This document shows positions 57,970-64,000 of a DNA stretch of 64,000 nt, one piece after another; position 1 is the first letter of the stretch; each line of letters begins with the position of its first letter. This DNA is from Vicinamibacteria bacterium (GTDB lineage Bacteria; Acidobacteriota; Vicinamibacteria; Marinacidobacterales; Marinacidobacteraceae), in the NCBI GenBank assembly GCA_963668695.2, contig CAXXLQ010000004.1:3776001-3840000 (forward strand), written 5' to 3'. The position numbers were made by a program, and so were the translations under genes. Below the pieces are notes generated by a model. The model was not told the origin of the DNA. It saw nothing but the letters and a program-made list of their open reading frames with translations, and did no database searches.

Positions 57970-57997
57970 CTAGACGCCTGAGCGGTCTCGCGGAAAC

Positions 57998-59098
57998 ATG
58001 GAATCCGGATTCGGGGCGAAGCGGCTTCTCCTGGCGGCGCTCCCTTTCGTCGGAGCAGCCCTCATCCTCGCGCTCCTCTTCCGCCGGATCCCGCCGGACC
58101 GGATTCTGGATGCGCTGTCGGGAGCCGATCTGCTCCTCTTCTTCGCGGCGCTTCTTCCGGTATCCATCCTCTACGTCTTGCTCGACGGCGCCCTCCTGAC
58201 GGCGGTGCTCCGCTGGTTCCACCCTCCCGGGATCAGCTTCCGCGACTCGCTCGCGGTTCGCGCGGTCGACTACCTGGTTTCGCTCTGGAACGGGCGCGCC
58301 TCACAGGCCGCCATGGTGGGCACCCTGGGACGGCGCTTCGAGGCTGCCGAAAACAGCCCGAAATCGCACGCGAATTCCGGCTATTGGGAGTGCGCCGGGA
58401 CAATCCTCTTTCTCGACCTCTGCCAGCGCGCCCACCTCCTCTTCTGGGCCGCCGGGGGCGCCGTGGTACTCGGGAGCGAGGCGCCGGACCACGTCCCCGC
58501 CGCTGCCGCACTGGGGTTCGCCGGCCTCTGCCTGCTGGTCGCGTTCCTGCGGGGACGCCTCAAGAGCGCCGGCCTCGGACCTCCGCGCTGGAGGTTGCTG
58601 CGATCGCTGCGGAGGGCCACTCCGAAACACTATCTGTGGGTACTCGCGTTCAAGGCGCCCCTCATCGTCGCCGCCGCCGTGGGACACCACTTCGCCCTCG
58701 GGACCTTCGGCATCCAGATTCCGGTGGGCTCTCTCCTCGCCACCCTCCCGATCATCTTCCTCGCGGGCGCGCTGCCGATCGCGGTGGCGCGCATCGGAAC
58801 GAGCCAGGCCGCCTGGCTCTTTTTCCACGCCGGAGCGGCCGCCGCCTCACCGGGTGGAGAAGCCGCCCTGCTCGCCTACAGCCTGTCCGCCCACCTGACC
58901 TTTCTGCTTCTGAACGCTGCGCTCAGCGCGCCGTTTCTTCCGGCGGCGTGGCGCACCATCCGCGGCGCTTCCCGGGCGGGTTCTCCCGGTGGGGGTCTGC
59001 TCGGGAGAAAACCCGACGAGCCCGGAGGTGGATCCGCTACGGGATCCGCCGGTACACGCTCCGGAGAAGCACCGGATCCCCTCTCCGTGGCATCTTGA
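57998..59098 (+). CDS. Lysylphosphatidylglycerol synthase TM / flippase-like membrane protein
   Basis: About 8 TM segments; LPI-x-x-x-x-GALPI-x-V-x-x-IGT-x-QAAW motif; low-complexity tail overlaps the convergent gene. Confidence 0.65.
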   Translation: MESGFGAKRLLLAALPFVGAALILALLFRRIPPDRILDALSGADLLLFFAALLPVSILYVLLDGALLTAVLRWFHPPGISFRDSLAVRAVDYLVSLWNGRASQAAMVGTLGRRFEAAENSPKSHANSGYWECAGTILFLDLCQRAHLLFWAAGGAVVLGSEAPDHVPAAAALGFAGLCLLVAFLRGRLKSAGLGPPRWRLLRSLRRATPKHYLWVLAFKAPLIVAAAVGHHFALGTFGIQIPVGSLLATLPIIFLAGALPIAVARIGTSQAAWLFFHAGAAAASPGGEAALLAYSLSAHLTFLLLNAALSAPFLPAAWRTIRGASRAGSPGGGLLGRKPDEPGGGSATGSAGTRSGEAPDPLSVAS

Positions 59099-59711
59099 GT
59101 TCGGTGCGCACAACGAGCACGTCTTCCGTGGCCTGAAGGGTGCGGAACACTTCGAGCTTTCCCGTCGGCAGCTCCCGGACCTCCCGCACCCGCACGATGC
59201 CGCCGCGGAATTCGGCCGCACTGGTGAATTTCCCTCCACGCCCGTCTTCCCGGACGTGTTCCTCGCCGTCCAGGTAGAGGATCTGGACCCGCTCGTCGAG
59301 GACGAGCCGCAATTCGCCGCCACCCGATTCGATCTCCAGCAGATCCGGCAGGCTCAGCAGGCTGTTTCCACCACCGCCCGGGCCACCGCCGGCACCACGT
59401 CCGCCCATCCCTCCCCGGCCCATCCCACCCGGCGGCCCGGACCTCGCTCCCCGACCCCGGCGCCCGCCGCGGCCGCGACCCTCTTCTTCGCGGGCTGCGG
59501 CCCGCTGCATCACCTCGGCGGGGTCGTCGCTCTCTTCGGGGTCGAGTTCCCAAATACCCGCCAGGAGCGCCAGCTCCTGTCCGGATTCCGGGCCGGATCC
59601 GGAGGTCGCCGGCGAGGCGAGCGCGACGACGGCCACGCACACCAGCAGGGCCGCAAGAGCCGGAGCGGGCGCAAGGCGCGAAATCGTGTCCGGGGAGGCG
59701 GAGATCGTCAT
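59037..59711 (-). CDS. Secreted hypothetical protein with Gly/Arg-rich insert
   Basis: Signal-like N-terminus, G-x-WELD-x-x-x-SD, GGMGRGGMGG tract, C-terminal VYRR. Confidence 0.65.
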   Translation of the reverse strand: MTISASPDTISRLAPAPALAALLVCVAVVALASPATSGSGPESGQELALLAGIWELDPEESDDPAEVMQRAAAREEEGRGRGGRRGRGARSGPPGGMGRGGMGGRGAGGGPGGGGNSLLSLPDLLEIESGGGELRLVLDERVQILYLDGEEHVREDGRGGKFTSAAEFRGGIVRVREVRELPTGKLEVFRTLQATEDVLVVRTELKMPRRGDPVLLRSVYRRIP

Positions 59712-59850
59712 TGCGCCGAGTCTAGGCGCAAGGTCCGTACCACCGGTTTTTTGGCGGCCGGAGAAAGCGGACTTGCCGCGTCCCGGGGTCCGTTTGACCC
59801 GGGTTCGGAACCCTCCATACAATCACCTCTTCGGAGATGCTGACGCCCCT

Positions 59851-61797
59851 ATGTTGACCCCTGTACGCGTGGGCTTGATCACCGCTGCGGCGATGGTCTT
59901 CCCTCTTTCCGCGGTGGCGCAACCACCGACGAGCCAAGGCACACCGGACCAGCAGGAAGACCCACAGGAAATTCAGGATCGGCTGGCCGATCGGGCGCAC
60001 CGGATCGCCGCTGAAGGCGAGACGGCGGGCGAGAAGGCGCGCCGGGCGATCGCCGCCGCGGGCCGGCTGCCGCGCGGCGCGGGCGCCGCCGCCGACCCGG
60101 TCAGCCAGGTTCTTCCACGGCGCACCCTGGTGGACGAGATCCTCGGAGCGCAACAGGAGGCGCTGGGAATCCCCCACGCCGCTCCGAGTTCCGACGCGGC
60201 CTTCCTCAGGCGCGCCATGCTCGACGCCACGGGACTCATTCCCACGCCGGAAGCAATCCGCGCGTTCCTCGCCGACGACCCTCGCGACAAACGGACGCGG
60301 CTCGTGGACGAACTGGTGGGTACGGATGAATTCGCGGAGCAGTGGGCGTGGTTCTTCGGGGATCTCTTCCGCCTCGCCCACCAGGTAGGCGCGGTTCGCA
60401 ACCCGTTCCAGAGCTGGATCAAGGAGTGGCTCACCACCGACCGGCCCTACGACGAGGTGGTACGCGACCTCCTCACCGGAGTGGCCAAGGCGCACGGGAG
60501 CGTTCCTTCGCTGGCGTTGCTGGCGCGCGCGCACCAGGTCAAGAGCCGGATCGTCATGGGTCCGGACGACTACTCCATCCACAACCGGCTGGACGCGATC
60601 GACCAGTTCAACGTAGACGTTTCCCGGATCTTCCTTGGCATCAACACCTCCTGCTTCTCCTGCCACGACGGCGCGGCGCACCTCGAGCCAATGAACGAGT
60701 GGCTCTCGAAGCGAACCCGCGAGGAGTTCTATCGGCACTCGGCGTTTATGGGCAATGCCCGGCAGATCACGACCTGGGACGATCGGTCGAAGAACGTGGT
60801 GGTGGATCTGCTCGTGGACGATCTTGCCAAGGGGTACGACACTGGAAACGACGCGCCGTACCACACCCTCTCCGAGGGACGCTTCCCCCGTCTCGAGGGG
60901 CTCGCTTACGAGCCCGCCTTCCTGCTGACCGGGGAGACGCCCCGCCCGGGGGAAAACCCTCGGGACGAGCTGGCCCGGATGCTCACCGAACACCCGCAGT
61001 TCGCGCGCGCCACCGTGAACCTGGTCTGGGGCAAGCTGATGACGGTCGCCTTCGTGGAGCCGTACAACGCCTTCGATCTCGACCGGCTGGGACGGCTGGC
61101 CGCCGGCGAGGAGGATGCCCTGCCCCCACGTCCCCTGAATCCCGAACTCATGGACGCGTTGGCCGAGGACTTCCGGCAGAGCGGCTTCAGCTTCTGGCAC
61201 CTGGTCAAGACGATCATGAAGTCAGAGACTTACGGCCTGTCGCCCCACTTCGATGGGGACTGGGACGAAGCCTGGACCGGCTACTACCCCCGCCGCTATG
61301 TCCGGGTGCTGACCGGGCCGGAGCTCGTGGACTCGCTGGCGCGCGCCACCGACGTCCCCACGGAGTTCTCGTTCGCCGGAACGACCGTCGGGCGCGTCAA
61401 GGAACTCACCACGCCCTCCGATCTCGGAGGGCGGCGCGGGCGCGGCGAGGGCGCGGAGGTGGACGCTCTCATGCAGAGCTTCTTCCAGAGCAACCGGATG
61501 ACCCCGGCGCCGGTCGGGAACCGCGGTTCGATCCTGCAGGCGCTGCTCATGATGCAGTCGGGGGTCGTGAACCGCCGGGTCTCCAGCGAGTCCGGAGGGC
61601 GGGTGGCCGACCTGCTTGCTTCGGACAAGGCCGACGGAGATTTCGTCAACGAACTGTTCCTGGGGACGCTCGGACGCCTGCCGACGGCGGCCGAAGCGGA
61701 ACTCGGCGCCGCGCAGCTCGCCGAGGACCGCCACCAGGGCGCCCAGAACCTGCAGTGGGTGCTCGTCAACTCTCCCGAGTTCCTCCTGAACCACTGA
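59851..61797 (+). CDS. DUF1549/DUF1553 (PSD1-type) domain protein
   Basis: D-x-x-FLRR-x-x-LD-x-x-G-x-x-PT, DKR-x-x-LVD-x-L, FLGI-x-x-x-C-x-x-CHD, NPEL-x-D-x-LA-x-DF, W-x-L-x-NS-x-EF-x-x-NH. Confidence 0.88.
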   Translation: MLTPVRVGLITAAAMVFPLSAVAQPPTSQGTPDQQEDPQEIQDRLADRAHRIAAEGETAGEKARRAIAAAGRLPRGAGAAADPVSQVLPRRTLVDEILGAQQEALGIPHAAPSSDAAFLRRAMLDATGLIPTPEAIRAFLADDPRDKRTRLVDELVGTDEFAEQWAWFFGDLFRLAHQVGAVRNPFQSWIKEWLTTDRPYDEVVRDLLTGVAKAHGSVPSLALLARAHQVKSRIVMGPDDYSIHNRLDAIDQFNVDVSRIFLGINTSCFSCHDGAAHLEPMNEWLSKRTREEFYRHSAFMGNARQITTWDDRSKNVVVDLLVDDLAKGYDTGNDAPYHTLSEGRFPRLEGLAYEPAFLLTGETPRPGENPRDELARMLTEHPQFARATVNLVWGKLMTVAFVEPYNAFDLDRLGRLAAGEEDALPPRPLNPELMDALAEDFRQSGFSFWHLVKTIMKSETYGLSPHFDGDWDEAWTGYYPRRYVRVLTGPELVDSLARATDVPTEFSFAGTTVGRVKELTTPSDLGGRRGRGEGAEVDALMQSFFQSNRMTPAPVGNRGSILQALLMMQSGVVNRRVSSESGGRVADLLASDKADGDFVNELFLGTLGRLPTAAEAELGAAQLAEDRHQGAQNLQWVLVNSPEFLLNH

Positions 61798-61816
61798 AGC
61801 CCCTGGATGTGTCTTT

Positions 61817-63229
61817 ATGTGTAGTCACGAACCCCGCGTCGCCGACCTCTTCCCGGCTCGCCGGGAAGTCCTGAAACTCGGAGGCTTGGCGCTGGCCGGA
61901 ACCTTCGCGAACCAGGTCATCTGGCCGCTCCAGGCCCACGCGAACGGCAAGGCGAATCCGCGCCGGACCGCCCGCTATTGCATCTTCATCGAGATGGGCG
62001 GGGCGATCAGCCCCATGGACACCTGGGACTTCAAAGAGACCCGCTGGACCCCCACGGACCTCGACATGGTGCAGATCAACGACGAGGTTTCGCTGTCGCG
62101 CGCGCTGTTCCCCACCCTCGTGGACCGCGTCGACGAGGTCGCCTTTGTCCGCTCCATGCGGGCGCCCGAGCTGATCCACTTCAACGGTCAGTACCACACC
62201 CAGACCGGCAGGGCTCTCAACGTGGCGCTCGCCCGGGAAATCCCCGCCTTCGGAAGCATCATCGCTGCGGAACTCGACAAGGAACGGCGCGAAACGGACA
62301 GCTTTCCGACCTACGTCAGCACCTACCTGACGCGGGCGCGCGCCGGCTCGATCGGCGCCGGCTTCCTGCCCACGCGGTTCTCCGGCCTCGATCTGGATCC
62401 CACGACGGTCTTCGACTCCTTCGGAGGCGACGTGGAAGGCAGCCGCCGGGTTCTGGAGGAGCGCTTCCGCCTGCTGAACCAGATGGCGGAGGTCTCCATC
62501 CCGGAGCGGGCCTCGCTGGGCGACAAGGAAGACGACTACCGCGCCTACTACCAGTCGGCCTACGAGCTGCTCACCGACGAACGCTGGCCCAAGCTCTTCG
62601 CCGCGAGCGAGGAGGACAAAGCGCGCTATGGCGCCGACGAGTTCGGGCTTGGCTGCATCCTCGCGCGCAACCTGATCGAGGCCGATGCCGGCACCCGATT
62701 CATCTATATCTACGACGGCGACAAATGGGACCACCACTCCGGCATCTTCGACCGGTCGCGCCAATGGAACCACTACACGACCTGTCCGCGGCTGGACAAG
62801 GGCTTCACCTCCCTGCTCACCGACCTCGGCGCCCGGCCGGGCAGCGAGCCGGGCACGACGTTGCTGGACGAGACCCTGATCGTGGTCACCAGCGAGTTCG
62901 GCCGCACTCCGGAAATGAATCCGGTGGCCGGCCGGGATCACTACCGTTTCGCCTACGCCACGATGTTTGCGGGCGGCGGCGTTCAGGGTGGCCGCGTCGT
63001 CGGGCGGACCAACGAGGATGGTTCCGAAGTCGTTGATCCCGGCTGGAAACACGCCGGGCAGCCGTTCATGGACAACACGGTGGCGACCATCTATTCAGCG
63101 CTCGGCATCGACTGGAGGAAGTCGGTCCGCAACACCCCCTCGGGCCGCGAATACATCTACGTGGATTCCGTCTCCCTCGGCGGGTCGGAGATGATGTTCG
63201 ACGACGAGATCGCCGAGATCTTCGCCTGA
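61817..63229 (+). CDS. DUF1501 domain protein (Tat-exported, sulfatase-like fold)
   Basis: ARREVL Tat signal; M-x-GA-x-S-x-x-DTWD-x-K, WDHH, SEFGRTP, GRDH, FAGGGV-x-GG. Confidence 0.9.
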   Translation: MCSHEPRVADLFPARREVLKLGGLALAGTFANQVIWPLQAHANGKANPRRTARYCIFIEMGGAISPMDTWDFKETRWTPTDLDMVQINDEVSLSRALFPTLVDRVDEVAFVRSMRAPELIHFNGQYHTQTGRALNVALAREIPAFGSIIAAELDKERRETDSFPTYVSTYLTRARAGSIGAGFLPTRFSGLDLDPTTVFDSFGGDVEGSRRVLEERFRLLNQMAEVSIPERASLGDKEDDYRAYYQSAYELLTDERWPKLFAASEEDKARYGADEFGLGCILARNLIEADAGTRFIYIYDGDKWDHHSGIFDRSRQWNHYTTCPRLDKGFTSLLTDLGARPGSEPGTTLLDETLIVVTSEFGRTPEMNPVAGRDHYRFAYATMFAGGGVQGGRVVGRTNEDGSEVVDPGWKHAGQPFMDNTVATIYSALGIDWRKSVRNTPSGREYIYVDSVSLGGSEMMFDDEIAEIFA

Positions 63230-63273
63230 TCCCGACCACGCGGGTCCGCTCGGAAGTTCACTGACCGGCGGCG

Positions 63274-64000
63274 ATGGGAGAGCGGCGCCGGATTCCCGCC
63301 ATCCGCAAACTCGTCACGGCGCTGCTGGCGGCGACCCCTCTCCTCACAGAGACGGCGGCACCGGCGTTCGGGAACGAACCCCCGCCGGCGCATTGCAGCG
63401 ACGATCGCGCCGAGAACATCTGCTGGGTCCCGCCCGGGGACTTCTGGATGGGGAGGACCCGGCTCTGGCTGATTGACGAGATCCACTGGCAGACCCGGGA
63501 CCGGGTGGACGCCCGGCCGGTGCACCGGGTCACGCTCCCCGGCTTCTGGATGGACCAGAAGGAAGTCACCCAGGAGTCCTATCGGGAATTCACCCTCTCG
63601 ACCGGGCGGCCCGAGCCCTTCCACTGGCGACAGGGTTTCCCGGAGGACAAGGCGCACCTCCCGGTGTACAACGTGAACTGGAACGACGCGCACGACTACT
63701 GCGCCTTCCGGAGAAAGCGCCTGCCGACCGAGGCCGAATGGGAAAAGGCGGCGCGCGGCGGCCTTGAGGGAGCGTCGTGGTCCTGGGGGGATCAGTATCG
63801 GCCCGACCCCGAAGAAGACTCGCCGGAGGGGACCCGGCTTCCCCCGCCGGCGCGGATCGGCCACCCGGGGGCGCCTGCCGCAGTCGCTTCCTTCCCGCCG
63901 AACGGGTACGGGCTCTATGACATGGTCGGCAACATCGCCGAGTGGGTCGCGGACGGCTACGACCTCGGGTACTACGCCGTGAGCCCGCCCGTGGACCCGC
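63274..64000 (+). CDS. FGE-sulfatase (SUMF1/EgtB) domain protein, 3'-truncated by window edge
   Basis: Not in the ORF track (no stop in window). Manual translation gives G-x-FWMG, PVHRV, EVT, PV-x-NVNW-x-DA, KRLPTEAEWEKAARGG, PNGYGLYDMVGN-x-x-EW. Confidence 0.9.
   Translation, partial: MGERRRIPAIRKLVTALLAATPLLTETAAPAFGNEPPPAHCSDDRAENICWVPPGDFWMGRTRLWLIDEIHWQTRDRVDARPVHRVTLPGFWMDQKEVTQESYREFTLSTGRPEPFHWRQGFPEDKAHLPVYNVNWNDAHDYCAFRRKRLPTEAEWEKAARGGLEGASWSWGDQYRPDPEEDSPEGTRLPPPARIGHPGAPAAVASFPPNGYGLYDMVGNIAEWVADGYDLGYYAVSPPVDP

Overview
High-GC bacterial window, mostly coding on the minus strand between 7 and 55 kb. The gene content (DUF1549/1553-DUF1501, PD40/M28, TSP3 and MORN repeat proteins, creatininase, F420 enzymes) suggests an Acidobacteriota-like, possibly host-associated marine organism; this is inference. 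Housekeeping anchors are lepA, hemW and metG. Transporters include APC, MATE-like, TctABC, SulP, a LIV-type ABC with acyl-CoA ligases, Bcr/CflA, FbpABC and SSS. There are also three amidohydrolases, a D-aminoacylase, cofE/npdG and two PIN toxin-antitoxin pairs. Three things stand out. (1) A compact, more AT-rich, translationally coupled four-gene operon at 38844-42499: unknown 'MSDGPH' protein, QatC-like QueC enzyme, XRE-HTH/ImmA-IrrE Zn peptidase and PIN nuclease. It is a candidate undescribed anti-phage system combining a deazaguanine-conjugating enzyme with a peptidase/PIN module. (2) Two cargo blocks (15.9-22.4 kb and 22.6-31.3 kb) stacked behind the D-aminoacylase gene, each bounded by deleted copies of that gene's 3' end. 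Two of the three copied segments differ mostly at synonymous sites, suggesting integrase-free, homology-anchored cassette accretion. (3) A modular MITE family with CAGCCTGT-type ends and 4-bp flanks that sits at or next to stop codons, splits a TA pair, rewrites the C-terminus of NpdG and carries 0-6 copies of a structured 90-bp module. No rRNA, tRNA, CRISPR array, integrase or transposase was recognised. Start codons were re-chosen by eye where the ORF track was over-extended.
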